Positions 56,401 through 64,000 of a DNA stretch of 64,000 nucleotides are shown here, piece by piece; the first letter of the stretch is position 1, and every line of letters starts with the position of its first letter. The stretch comes from an uncultured Bacilli bacterium (GTDB lineage Bacteria; Bacillota_I; Bacilli_A; RF39; UBA660): contig CANPYM010000001.1 of NCBI GenBank assembly GCA_947588685.1, forward strand, positions 479 to 64,478. The letters run 5' to 3'. The notes beneath the pieces are model-generated. The model worked only from the letters and a program-made list of their open reading frames with translations. It was not told the DNA's origin and searched no databases. The position numbers and the translations under genes were made by a program.

Positions 56401-58710
56401 TCTAGAGCCAAGTAAATCATCAGATATAACAACGTCTTCTCCAGATATCAATTTACCTTTTGAAAACTTAAGCTTTTTTTCTTGCTTAGAAATATCACTA
56501 TTTTGATATATATCCCTAAACTTCTTTTGAATCTCTCTTAATTTTTTCTCATCGTCTGTTCCTTTAAACTTAATAACTAAGTCATCTATTAAGTCTTTTA
56601 TTTTTGTAAATAAATTAGGTTTCTTAGATAGACTTTCAATCAATTTTTCGTCGGTAAACATGTAGTCGCCTACTAAATCGGCAGCTAATTCATTTTCTAT
56701 ATTAGTACCATCAATTCCTTTATATAATTCCTTTATTTGATCTAATCTAGAATCATAATCACCTTTTTGCTTTGCATAATCAAATAACATATCGCGAAGA
56801 TCTTTAGATTCTGCTGTATTTTCAAATAAATGATTTGTTTCATGTCCTAATATTACATTTAGGGCTTTTTTTGAATCTGTGTTTATTAAAATTGTCGTTT
56901 TTCCATCTTCATTAGTTCTCACAAAGCCATTTATTTCAGCATTTTCTACATTATGGCCTAATTTTTTTAATTCTTCTGAATTAGTAAAGCCATACTTAAT
57001 ATTTTCTTTGTTTAAATTAGACGCTATATCAACAATTTTTCTTGAATCAGATGTATTATTCATAAACTGTGCGGCCGTTTTTCTTGTAAATTGTTCATTC
57101 TCATCTTTTATTTTAGTCTCATCATATTCATATTTTTTATTTTTTTGGTTAGCCTCATAATAACTTTTTTGAAGAAATTGATCTTTAGATGCTGAATCAT
57201 TTATTAATTTAGCTTGTTGCACCCTTAATTTATCAATTTTAGACTGTATATCGGCTTTCTCTTCTTTGGTAGTAGTATTTTCCATTTGTTCCTGTAAAGT
57301 TTTAATTTGGGCTGTTGATGATGGTGATAGAGCCTGTTCTATGTCTCCAATATCTACCTTTCCAGATTTTATTTGTTCATTTACTTCTTTTTTGATTGAA
57401 CTTAATTCTTTTTTTGATAGATCAGACATATATGCTTCAATATCGCCATTATTAAAGTCATTTTCAACCTGTTTTCGTATTGCTTCTTTTTCGGTTGCAT
57501 TTAATTTTGAGCCTTGGTTATATTCAGCTTTTTCTATCCTATCGTCAACTATTGATTCAATAGTTTTTTTGTTCATTAATTCTTTTCTTCTTTTTTCGGT
57601 TAATGATTCCATTACTTTTCTTTCATTTTCAGAAAAACCATCAACATAATCAACATTAGCTTTTGTGGATTTTACTAATGAAGGAGCTGATGAAATACCT
57701 GAAGCAATAGCGCCATCAATAAATTGATCTAAAAGTTTTTCATCATTTAAAATGTCTCTTAAATCTTTATCCGACATGTAAGTCAATTTTTTGCCAAGTC
57801 CTTGACAAAATCCTGATACAACTTCCTCTAATCCTTCGCCACTAGCTTTGATGGCATATTCCGAGAAATTCTTCATTAAACGGCTTTTAAATCTATTGCT
57901 AACAGCACTAGCTATTTGATCATCAAAACCACCAATACCTTTAGAAAGTCCTAATGCATTTGTTCCTTTTCCTAAACCACCAAACATCATTTCAGAGCCA
58001 GCTTCAGCAAGACCACTTATTATCCCATATTTTAATGCTTCGCCATTTGTAGCACCATTCTCATAAGCTTCAGTCATTCCATTTCCCATCGCTGTGGAAA
58101 AGGTTGTTCCTGTTATGGTAGCATCTACCACTTTATCAGATCCTACTTTAGCTTTAGTAACTCCGCCTATTGCTTGTAATCCATATATATATCCTAAAGT
58201 TTGGATTAATCCATCTGATCGGTCGGTTGTTACAGACCACTCTTCAAAAGCATCAGGAGTTTTCCAAATCTTTTCAGCTTGATTCTCCATTGCACTTTCT
58301 CTTAAATCATTAGGATCTATATAATCTTTAAAAAGGCCAGTTTTTTCAAGAAGATTAGCTTGACCATATGCAATCATATCTCCGAAGCTTTCACCAATAC
58401 CCCAAATACCTTTAGTAAATTCAGTAGCAGCTTTTCCAGCTGTTCCTATAATTGTTTTAGGAATATCTGTCCAATCAAATCCATCTTCAAAGGCTCCTTT
58501 ATCAATAAAACTGCCAAGAAAATCGAAAGTTTCACCTAATGGATTAGTCAAAAACTTTTCCCAACCAGATTTTTTTTCTTGATTTTGATTAGCTTGTTGT
58601 TCTGCAAGTTGAGCTATTTGGTCTTGTAGCTGTTGCTGTTGTTCTTGTTGTAATTGTTCCTCGGTTTTTTTCTCTTCCCATTTCCTTGTTTTTGGATTGT
58701 ATTTATACAT
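50434..58710 (-). CDS. giant virion/ejection protein (2758 aa), polyvalent-protein-like, with zincin HExxH module
   Basis: Single uninterrupted ORF with an AAGGTGA SD. Q-rich N-terminal coiled coil, then a Gly/Ala-rich hydrophobic region. HETNH at residues 623-627 (56830-56844) with a downstream ELAADL. A nuclease/LPD-like block at about residues 760-900 (GFDYYNV...YAYDIDNINEKR). The C-terminal half has hydrophobic helices and YYYD/YWYD repeats. Confidence 0.8.
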   Translation of the reverse strand: MYKYNPKTRKWEEKKTEEQLQQEQQQQLQDQIAQLAEQQANQNQEKKSGWEKFLTNPLGETFDFLGSFIDKGAFEDGFDWTDIPKTIIGTAGKAATEFTKGIWGIGESFGDMIAYGQANLLEKTGLFKDYIDPNDLRESAMENQAEKIWKTPDAFEEWSVTTDRSDGLIQTLGYIYGLQAIGGVTKAKVGSDKVVDATITGTTFSTAMGNGMTEAYENGATNGEALKYGIISGLAEAGSEMMFGGLGKGTNALGLSKGIGGFDDQIASAVSNRFKSRLMKNFSEYAIKASGEGLEEVVSGFCQGLGKKLTYMSDKDLRDILNDEKLLDQFIDGAIASGISSAPSLVKSTKANVDYVDGFSENERKVMESLTEKRRKELMNKKTIESIVDDRIEKAEYNQGSKLNATEKEAIRKQVENDFNNGDIEAYMSDLSKKELSSIKKEVNEQIKSGKVDIGDIEQALSPSSTAQIKTLQEQMENTTTKEEKADIQSKIDKLRVQQAKLINDSASKDQFLQKSYYEANQKNKKYEYDETKIKDENEQFTRKTAAQFMNNTSDSRKIVDIASNLNKENIKYGFTNSEELKKLGHNVENAEINGFVRTNEDGKTTILINTDSKKALNVILGHETNHLFENTAESKDLRDMLFDYAKQKGDYDSRLDQIKELYKGIDGTNIENELAADLVGDYMFTDEKLIESLSKKPNLFTKIKDLIDDLVIKFKGTDDEKKLREIQKKFRDIYQNSDISKQEKKLKFSKGKLISGEDVVISDDLLGSRPSKKDVKLVLTKLIGQKVKNMSSNDYLQVTNNDIKKFMYDGYNNYKSRRLKYRISGNYGEILELAKIDPLKSGKSNYKNTHRGRKGFDYYNVLLAYPLKNNNGLIEDYSVFEGRMVVRKESDGNYAYDIDNINEKRGATIDKNSLSIMVDESTHGSSVEDNISQSNNNVKSSTLSNNSNMQDNIKYSLNNQKLDDSSFPSNTLKEKQLDIILKNNPAGNETVTWIRNIEDIKTLQETIEDDDWADYDAYDPDLTKKDIEKAIENGLIIVYSSYPIEQGIFVSPSRMEAESYAGNGKVYSKEVSINDVAWIDPTQGQYAKVVNTTGIEYNKDRNLDEYKSSVLFNQMISKAKIGVDENLFLNDYNNYYEVLKTADNNYQILSKIPILGNEDFIKNIIEEGKNVDAFRTNINTNIERTEFRYEFDNWNNASVEGEQSWTEYIDSILEDYQSKNISEKSFIQSSKKNLSRDVDNTSLSLSNFGSETKRYEDLNSKKQKDYIEIETNRLIRDMDVDQITYQEIDDIIAYSPYSEENYIDLSDVDLDEINMTEEEVETHNQQVYDDVYSQINEILEKEGISPRYDEGQDKTFFDRQELAVKGYNELLNYLDKHNINYEISKSKEAGYVPSIYIKDAEGNTEFRIANHDNGYVDDFDMTYNESYNHIFSDKDYANWKDNILPILEENIDLSSDENINYSLSNNNDDIAPVGNFNVFGDDVKVQEGNTEIEELLEYVAKDNNKSNSNENNNEKYTNYYSPLEKRRKKVEEKIKRAIAQGTYKGINAATKAANEYVGFSNAEKKSFRDDLRRFMGKTAEQLVNVDTYREIEKIVDKYANREIDFVDSQTLAIKKEIKASKIKVDDNLKNQITDYNEFRKSNFGKLKLGNEGLSIDSLWQELSEEYPYLFNKNIINEVDQLYALGDFMNSNDTVTHKFRLSNYELRQARDKVFNLIQKNSLNEVEIRKLQNELDQKAEKRTREVIREELLEKMGLTVEDISKGDDISAVNSFITDPIRLNEKVFGYEIGQKINDATINRTKYNEAESIRWQNRERAEIMDLGIKARSKESAAVQKYGEKKYVNDFGEYINYGDKELAREFPDIKTQDKIKNAARVIRSKYDTYIDDINEVLVDMGYDAIPKRKDYMRHFNELNDIFSRFGVPFSRQNLNDDLLPTDINGITDQFKPGKSFFASAVARKGINTTYDAITGIDGYIQSSSNLIFHTEDIQRYRTLAKLVRDTFGEQHGMDNAYQLNDYEQEQRIQDMKNHKLSRYAAWLDEQANALAGKKGKIDRGLEEAAGRRVYNCLNAIKSQVGSNMVGFNVRSALTNFVSVVQAMPKVKKLAVIQGTISELKNIVHQDNLADKSVFLTSRAGSDTISKKTWQKISSAGQCFMTATDTFTSNVIWRSKYYELLGDNLSEDVAIKQADDFASRIMGDRTKGATAAIFNSKTLGVFSQFQLEVNNQWQALIHDYKMDIQSGNRTAKSVIFQLGQLVAASFFFDEFFKKLTGSSVMFNPIEMLKKIFWPDDDDKDKSMTERAEEAMGDLIDQLPFASILTGGGRIPISEALPIVELVQGKDQYGNEESRLDILKEALPYYIMPSGYNQLNKIKKGLGMFDEDLPVKGSYTDGGKLRFPVEDIPQNRVQAALFGQYASSNARDYFDQGRAPLNDKQTAEYKELGLPIQEYWDYQDELKKAKATKDENNYEKYTDFDGNVYWYDKSNSIVYDNNYNEINIPINYLKKANSLEQAFDYITSLNLPTDKKEIMFNNVTSKNNTDQYGYTKYINKELNSKGKQVNKTYYYDENRKILYDSKYNVVDASKLKTMKKVSDRIELDNYEQFANYEEFDFYNKNTEKYDFLTKNNISYKDYSSSEDSKSAYDWAYNNQKQYQMSKLVTEDTVLYREYTNNLNNIKSDKYANGKTINGSRKNKIINYINGLDLTYEQKIMLYKMEYPSDDTYNSEIVNYLNNKNLPYDDIKTILEELGMKVSSNGTVRW

Positions 58711-58722
58711 AAGATCACCTTC

Positions 58723-59910
58723 TTATTTTAACTTTTTCAATTTCTGTAAAACTGAACTATTTACTGGTGCAGGTATTTTTTCATATGTCATCTTTGAACC
58801 ATTCCATATCCAGTAAGTGCCATCAGATGTATAGAAAACATTTTGACCAGATACATTAACACCGGAGCTATTTTTAAAATTAGAATTATTTGTCCACTCA
58901 CTAACTTTTATACCTGTTTTAGAAACTGCTCCATAAACCTTACCATTATAAATAACTCCTTTAGGTTGATAAGTTTTACCATTTTTATCTACTGTATTGT
59001 TGAAGGCTCCAAATCTTTCAAGTGCAACAAGAGTTGTTTCTGGAATATCTCCATGATAATAATCTGTATCTATACGATATCCACTTGACGAACTAGAGCT
59101 TATTTTAGATGCTGCTTTTTGAGCTGCGATGCTAGCGTTTGTGCTTTTCTTCTGAAGATTATATTCTTTTTGCCACTGTTGATCTGCTATCTTATCACGA
59201 GCTTTTTGATATTCCATTTGAGCTTCGAATTGTCGAATTTGTTCTTTTAAACTATTTTCTTGATTTTGTTGATTAAGAACATCTTGCCATCTTGAATAAT
59301 ATCGATCATCTATTGATTGCTGTTGTTGCAACTGTTCTCTTAATAAATCGTTCTTATACTGGAATCCTTGTAAAGATAATTCTAACTGTTGCTGTAATGC
59401 TTGATAATAAATATCAGCTAAAGCTGAATTATTAGCTAATTGTGCATCTTTAATTCCATTATCATAATTAAGTACAATTTGATTAAAGCTTTCCCTAGCT
59501 GTTGAAACTCTATTTTGATAAGTATTCCACATACTTACATTGCTAAATTCACTAAAACCTGTATTAGCTAATCCATTAGCTGCCATTTGTTCAGCTTGAG
59601 CTCCATATTGATTACTTTGTTTTTGCCAATCAACATATGCTCCAGATTGTTCTTTTAAATAATCTTTATGAGCTTGTTCTTTCTGTTGGTTTAATTGGTC
59701 TATCAAATGATCTGTTTTTTCTTGCTGAAGTTCACTTTGCTTGTCAGCATAATCTTTTGATGCCTGGATTTGTTTATCATAAAACTCTTGACTTTGATTT
59801 ACCATATCACCGTACATATCGTTCATGCTATCAAGAGCATTTTGCTTTTCTGTTTCAACATCTTTAAAACGTTGATCTTCATAATTTATAGAATAATTAG
59901 GTGCTGCCAT
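58723..59910 (-). CDS. coiled-coil structural protein with C-terminal globular domain (needle/plug-like by position)
   Basis: 395 aa with a GGAGGG SD. About 260 residues of Q/E/K-rich coiled coil, a poly-Ser linker (SSSSSG), and a beta-rich C-terminal domain of about 110 aa. Confidence 0.65.
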   Translation of the reverse strand: MAAPNYSINYEDQRFKDVETEKQNALDSMNDMYGDMVNQSQEFYDKQIQASKDYADKQSELQQEKTDHLIDQLNQQKEQAHKDYLKEQSGAYVDWQKQSNQYGAQAEQMAANGLANTGFSEFSNVSMWNTYQNRVSTARESFNQIVLNYDNGIKDAQLANNSALADIYYQALQQQLELSLQGFQYKNDLLREQLQQQQSIDDRYYSRWQDVLNQQNQENSLKEQIRQFEAQMEYQKARDKIADQQWQKEYNLQKKSTNASIAAQKAASKISSSSSSGYRIDTDYYHGDIPETTLVALERFGAFNNTVDKNGKTYQPKGVIYNGKVYGAVSKTGIKVSEWTNNSNFKNSSGVNVSGQNVFYTSDGTYWIWNGSKMTYEKIPAPVNSSVLQKLKKLK

Positions 59911-59920
59911 ATATTCCCTC

Positions 59921-61621
59921 CTATCGTTTTATATATCCACCAATATAGGCTTCTAATGTTCCCGAATAAAACTTAAAAGGTTTTGTAGATTCAATTTTTA
60001 ATTGAATTGCTTTCCACTTTTTCATTTTTATACGGCAAACTACATATCGTTTTGTATATTCAAAATCGATGTCTTCATAATCATTGTCATCAGTCCTTGC
60101 TGATACTTTTAAATCTTTGCCTTCTAAATCTAAGACGCATCCACGCTTATTAGTTGTTTTTTGATACTGTGGATATCCAAATTCATCTTCAGCAGTTAAC
60201 CAATAACTTTCAATTTCTCTTTCTTCACTATTATCTGTTAATTTATAAATGCCATCTTCCGTACCTAAATAAAGAATGCCATCTTTTACTTTTGTACAAA
60301 TGATATTTTTTTCTAAAGTCCAAAAAAACCATTCATATTCATAATGGTTTTCTTTTTGAAACATTGAATTGCTATTTGCAAGATATATTTTATTATCAAT
60401 GATAACTAATAAATATCCTTTCCATTCTTCAAGAATCATCTCGCGATACTTTTCTTCAGCTAGGATTTTTGAGTCAATTAATGTACTTCTGTGCGCTAAT
60501 ACTTGTTCACTCGTTATATCACCATTAATTGCTTCCATTCCACGATCAGAAAAGAATACTATATCGTCATTAAAATTAATTCCTGTAGCTATACATCCAA
60601 TCGATATACTTGAGTGGGAACTAGGATAAATCTTTCCATATTCTGCATCCACAACCGGATTATGATAAAAAACAGTTGTATTTGCTTGTGATGGCTCTTT
60701 TAAAACCCATAATGCATTATTCCCAGGAATCATCGCTTTAACAGGCGACATATCTAATCCTTCATTATAATAATCTAAATCGCTGCAATAAGATGGATCC
60801 TCTAAACTTGTATGCCAAATTGTATTTGGATAATTAGGGTTTCCACTAAAGAAAACACGATTATCAAAAACAGCTAATAGATTGCATCTTTTGATTCTAT
60901 CAGCATAACCCGAAACTGTCTTTTTAAAAGTAATAAAAACATTATCTTGTCCGTCCGTTAAAGGTGGCTGAGGTGCCTCAGTAAAAATAATTTTCCCTTG
61001 AGTAGTGTCATATTCATAATCAGTTGGATATTCTAATAACTCATCATTAACTATTATGATAGGACATTCACCATCAATATTCGTTGCATCAAGATAATAA
61101 TCTTTGCTTTCGCCATCTGCTAAAAAGCTATTCTTTCGCCATGGGGATAACATGTTTATATCTTCATAGATACTGCCACCACCAGCTGGCTTTCTTCCAA
61201 TCGATGTCGCTGGAATATAGCCAACTACATCACCGATAATCTCCCCATCATATCTTAAATAATTTATTCCGTCTTTGATATATAAAACATTATTAAAAAT
61301 AAATGATTGGCTTCTTGCAGGTTTCATACCTTCATATAAGATAGTTCTTTCGCCATTTACTATTTTATATAATTTTGTTCCACAATGAACAATCATCATA
61401 TCAACATCATTTTTCTTATAAAAAAAGAGTCCAAATATAGAATTGTCGAAATCTTCGACTTTTTCCATACCTGGACGTGTTTCAATACAATTTCCAGATT
61501 CTTCATAATTTTTCCATACATTTAAAGCATCTGGACTACGATAGCTGGCTACTTCAGGATCAGAAAAATCAACTCCTACAAAATTAGCATAAACTTTTGA
61601 AATTAAACTTCCACTTACCAT
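59921..61621 (-). CDS. tail hub/stabilisation-like structural protein (566 aa)
   Basis: Beta-rich with repeated blade-like segments. Its ATG overlaps the upstream stop (ATGGTAA). Size and position match a P22 gp10-type protein (inference). Confidence 0.55.
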   Translation of the reverse strand: MVSGSLISKVYANFVGVDFSDPEVASYRSPDALNVWKNYEESGNCIETRPGMEKVEDFDNSIFGLFFYKKNDVDMMIVHCGTKLYKIVNGERTILYEGMKPARSQSFIFNNVLYIKDGINYLRYDGEIIGDVVGYIPATSIGRKPAGGGSIYEDINMLSPWRKNSFLADGESKDYYLDATNIDGECPIIIVNDELLEYPTDYEYDTTQGKIIFTEAPQPPLTDGQDNVFITFKKTVSGYADRIKRCNLLAVFDNRVFFSGNPNYPNTIWHTSLEDPSYCSDLDYYNEGLDMSPVKAMIPGNNALWVLKEPSQANTTVFYHNPVVDAEYGKIYPSSHSSISIGCIATGINFNDDIVFFSDRGMEAINGDITSEQVLAHRSTLIDSKILAEEKYREMILEEWKGYLLVIIDNKIYLANSNSMFQKENHYEYEWFFWTLEKNIICTKVKDGILYLGTEDGIYKLTDNSEEREIESYWLTAEDEFGYPQYQKTTNKRGCVLDLEGKDLKVSARTDDNDYEDIDFEYTKRYVVCRIKMKKWKAIQLKIESTKPFKFYSGTLEAYIGGYIKR

Positions 61622-62202
61622 TCAAGACCACCACTTTCATCAAACTCAATGTGTCCTGTATTATATCTTATATCTAAATTAGATAGCATTTGCTCATAGC
61701 GAGTTGAATAAACATTTCCATAAGAATTAGCTATATCACTCTTTAAAAGGTCGCCAGCGACACCATAAGGCATAATTTCCATGACATCATCAGATAAGTC
61801 AAACTCATAATCGTCTTCTGTATTTCTATCTATTCTCTTTGGATATTTAAAATATTCTATCTCTAATTTTCCATCTTCCAAACATTTTAAAATAGTTCCT
61901 TGAGCTTTATATTCATAATCAACACCCCTAACGATATCCAATTGATAGATTTCACAATTAGCAACTTTTTCAATATCCTTAAATCTAATTAATTGATTTT
62001 TAGTGACATCTAATTCAATATAATCAGGAATCTTTTTAATACGACTGAGCTCAAATTGAACTTGATTAATAATGTGATTCAGTTTGTTTTGTATATCTGG
62101 ATCTTTGGTTATTTTATCAATATCAGGTAAATTAGTTTCTTTGTTAATATTAATTTCCTCAATCATAGACAAAACTTTATCTTTTAAATCTAATAATGTC
62201 AT
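61615..62202 (-). CDS. head-to-tail adaptor-like protein (195 aa)
   Basis: AGGTGAG SD. Helical N-terminus (LLDLKDKVLSMIEE) typical of connector/adaptor proteins. Lies between the capsid and hub genes. Confidence 0.5.
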   Translation of the reverse strand: MTLLDLKDKVLSMIEEININKETNLPDIDKITKDPDIQNKLNHIINQVQFELSRIKKIPDYIELDVTKNQLIRFKDIEKVANCEIYQLDIVRGVDYEYKAQGTILKCLEDGKLEIEYFKYPKRIDRNTEDDYEFDLSDDVMEIMPYGVAGDLLKSDIANSYGNVYSTRYEQMLSNLDIRYNTGHIEFDESGGLEW

Positions 62203-62209
62203 AGCTCAC

Positions 62210-62521
62210 CTACTTATCTAAATCTTTAATATAATTTAAATCTTCTATAGCTTCACCTATTGTCACAAATCTTTCTACAGGAACAACATAGCCTCGTTCT
62301 TTATCTTCAAATAGAATAATCATATTCGGTTTTAAATGAATAACCGTTTTAATTTCTTGATCATATTTTTCATTAAATGTTTTTGTGATTTGAGTAAATT
62401 CTAGGTTTTTTAATTCCTGGATTAAATTACCATCTTCTGTTTCATATTTCAAAGTTGTATCTTCATCAACTTTAATTCCCTTATAAATTGTAACATCTGG
62501 ATTTTTAATATAATTTTTCAT
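62210..62521 (-). CDS. small structural-module protein (103 aa)
   Basis: ATG at 62521 lies 4 nt after a GAGGTGA SD. The longer ORF-track start at 62578 has no SD. The initiation region is a 29-nt exact copy of the one at 47641-47669. Confidence 0.6.
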   Translation of the reverse strand: MKNYIKNPDVTIYKGIKVDEDTTLKYETEDGNLIQELKNLEFTQITKTFNEKYDQEIKTVIHLKPNMIILFEDKERGYVVPVERFVTIGEAIEDLNYIKDLDK

Positions 62522-62598
62522 TATTTCACCTCTATTTTTCATGGTTATAGGAGTTGCACCTATTTTATACTCTACCATGATAAAAAGGGATTAAAGTC

Positions 62599-63778
62599 CT
62601 ATTCTGATGGACTTAATGTAATCCCTGTTAAATCTAACACTTTAGATTTTTCACCATTCTTAAGCGTTATTTTTTGCGTATTTGAATGTAATTGAACTAC
62701 TAGAATACCATCTTCATCTAAAGTACCACTACCTTTAGTTTTAGCCTCTGATAATTCCCAATTGATTGTTTCACCTTTAGTAGCTTCATCGCATTTGATT
62801 GCTAAAAAGTTACCTTTAGCATTCTTGCTGAATTTGGGGAAACTTTCAACATATTTTGATGTACCAGTTATCTTGGTATCTTGAAGTTCAACCTCTTGAA
62901 TTGTACTGATGTCAATTCCTAAAACTTCGCCCTCGGGTAAGTTTATTGTTACCGTCTTTTGGGCTGGTTTAGGGAGTTGGATTGGTGACTTTTAATACTT
63001 GGATTCTTTTTTCATCAACGATTTTTGCACCGAACGTGTCTAATCCACGGATAATATCTTTGAACTTTTTAGGATCTCTTAATGCTTCAACTTCATTAAT
63101 CTGACCAGCAAAGGCGATAGCTTTTTTACCTCTTATATCGCAATATGTATAAGAGCCATCATTTTTCATATTATTACTCATAATAACATCAAAGTCATCA
63201 TAAACACCAACTTTACCTTTTTTAATATAATTTGGATTATCAGTGCTTAAAGTAATTAAAGCTTTCTTAAACTTATTATAGATTTTTGGAGTAATTTCAA
63301 TAACGCCTTCTTCGTCAAAATCTCTTTGACGAAGTTCAACAATACCATCATCAACACCATTAATAATAGCATCTTCGGTAATTTCAGCAATTTCAGTGAC
63401 ATTTGTAGCTTGAGAAATTAAATCTGCTACATATGAATCTCTAGCTACAGCTAGACCATGAACAGCTTTTTCACGATATTTTTCCATTAATCCTGGCATT
63501 GATTGTGCCTTATCGACATCATCAACATAAAAAGCAAAATAATTTGCTTGATCAATCGTTAATAAAACCTTTTTATCATCCATTTCTTGGATTTCAATAT
63601 CTGCCCCGGTATATTTATTAATTGTAGGTTCACCAACACCTAAAATACGAACCGTGCGTGCATAGTTGCATTCACCTTCATATTCACGATTGCAATTATC
63701 AACCAGTTTAGTTTTCTTTTCGAGATCGTCTTGGATATGCTTTGACCAAACTTCTCTAATAAAATTAGTTACAGCCAT
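62599..63778 (-). CDS. major capsid protein, predicted long isoform (269 + 123 aa) made by +1 frameshift at CCC_UAA
   Basis: A 123-codon stop-free stretch (62970-62602) lies in the +1 frame with clear coding character but has no ATG/GTG/TTG until its last about 15 codons. That frame opens only 7 codons before the capsid stop. Confidence 0.6.
62929..62974 (-). other. candidate recoding signal: shifty stop CCC_UAA_A plus downstream nested stem-loop
   Basis: ACU CCC UAA A with overlapping Pro codons CCC/CCU. Six nt downstream: GCCC-aaaagac-GGTAA-caataaac-TTACC-cga-GGGC. Confidence 0.5.
62969..63778 (-). CDS. major capsid protein (short isoform)
   Basis: 269 aa. ATG at 63778 after an AAGGGTGA SD. 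The N-terminal MAVTNFIREVWSK... pattern is common to P22-coat/HK97-fold capsid proteins of Firmicute phages. It follows a scaffold-like gene. Confidence 0.75.
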   Translation of the reverse strand: MAVTNFIREVWSKHIQDDLEKKTKLVDNCNREYEGECNYARTVRILGVGEPTINKYTGADIEIQEMDDKKVLLTIDQANYFAFYVDDVDKAQSMPGLMEKYREKAVHGLAVARDSYVADLISQATNVTEIAEITEDAIINGVDDGIVELRQRDFDEEGVIEITPKIYNKFKKALITLSTDNPNYIKKGKVGVYDDFDVIMSNNMKNDGSYTYCDIRGKKAIAFAGQINEVEALRDPKKFKDIIRGLDTFGAKIVDEKRIQVLKVTNPTP

Positions 63779-63809
63779 TATTATCACCCTTTCTACTAGA
63801 AAAAGAGCT

Positions 63810-64000
63810 CTACCATTTAGTCATTGATTTTTCTACAGCTTCCAAAAGTTTAGGATTTGCATCAAAGTCTTTTCGTGTAAACTTCAATGCTTCTTCCCTA
63901 GTATAAAAATCTTTTACACCAGGATCCGTGCTATCTGTATTTTTCATTGATCCCATAGGCTCTATTTCTTTTTTTGGCTTATATTTTTGATAGGTAGTAT
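63810..64000 (-). CDS. scaffolding-like protein, C-terminal 63 codons (gene starts beyond window)
   Basis: Open minus frame from the window edge to the TAG at 63810-63812 (...KDFYTREEALKFTRKDFDANPKLLEAVEKSMTKW). Called by its position directly upstream of the capsid gene. Confidence 0.5.
   Translation of the reverse strand, partial: TTYQKYKPKKEIEPMGSMKNTDSTDPGVKDFYTREEALKFTRKDFDANPKLLEAVEKSMTKW

Overview
Low-GC (about 30% GC) Firmicute chromosome, Erysipelotrichia/Bacilli-like, standard genetic code. Almost every gene is on the minus strand. Positions 1-43,940 are core housekeeping: galE, a cyclophilin, ppdK, tdk, a Xer recombinase, priA, pheST behind a Phe T-box, rnhB, prmC, prfA, rpoE, argS, a class A PBP, thrS behind a Thr T-box, dnaB-like/dnaI, secG, an M16 peptidase pair, add, deoD, rpoZ and pdp. 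Several lineage-specific unknown genes are interspersed. From about 44,141 to the window end lies the late (structural plus lysis) half of a prophage that runs past 64,000. Its order is scaffold, major capsid, adaptor-like, hub-like and coiled-coil needle-like proteins, a 2758-aa giant virion protein, fibre genes, two small receptor-binding-like cassettes, holin, GH25 endolysin, and then two cargo genes. The junction with the chromosome is marked by a 48-codon SSB gene remnant. Three signals are not visible in the ORF track. (1) A 63-nt GTAT microsatellite sits inside a translated leader ORF whose stop abuts the ATG of a lectin-headed fibre-tip gene (TAAATG). This is a candidate phage-borne phase-variation switch acting on a two-cassette receptor-binding module. 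(2) A 123-codon start-less ORF overlaps the capsid stop in the +1 frame, entered at CCC_UAA. This predicts a programmed +1 frameshift that gives a C-terminally extended capsid isoform. (3) The 2758-aa protein carries an HExxH zincin motif and looks like a polyvalent injected protein. All family calls come from motif recognition by eye. No searches were run.
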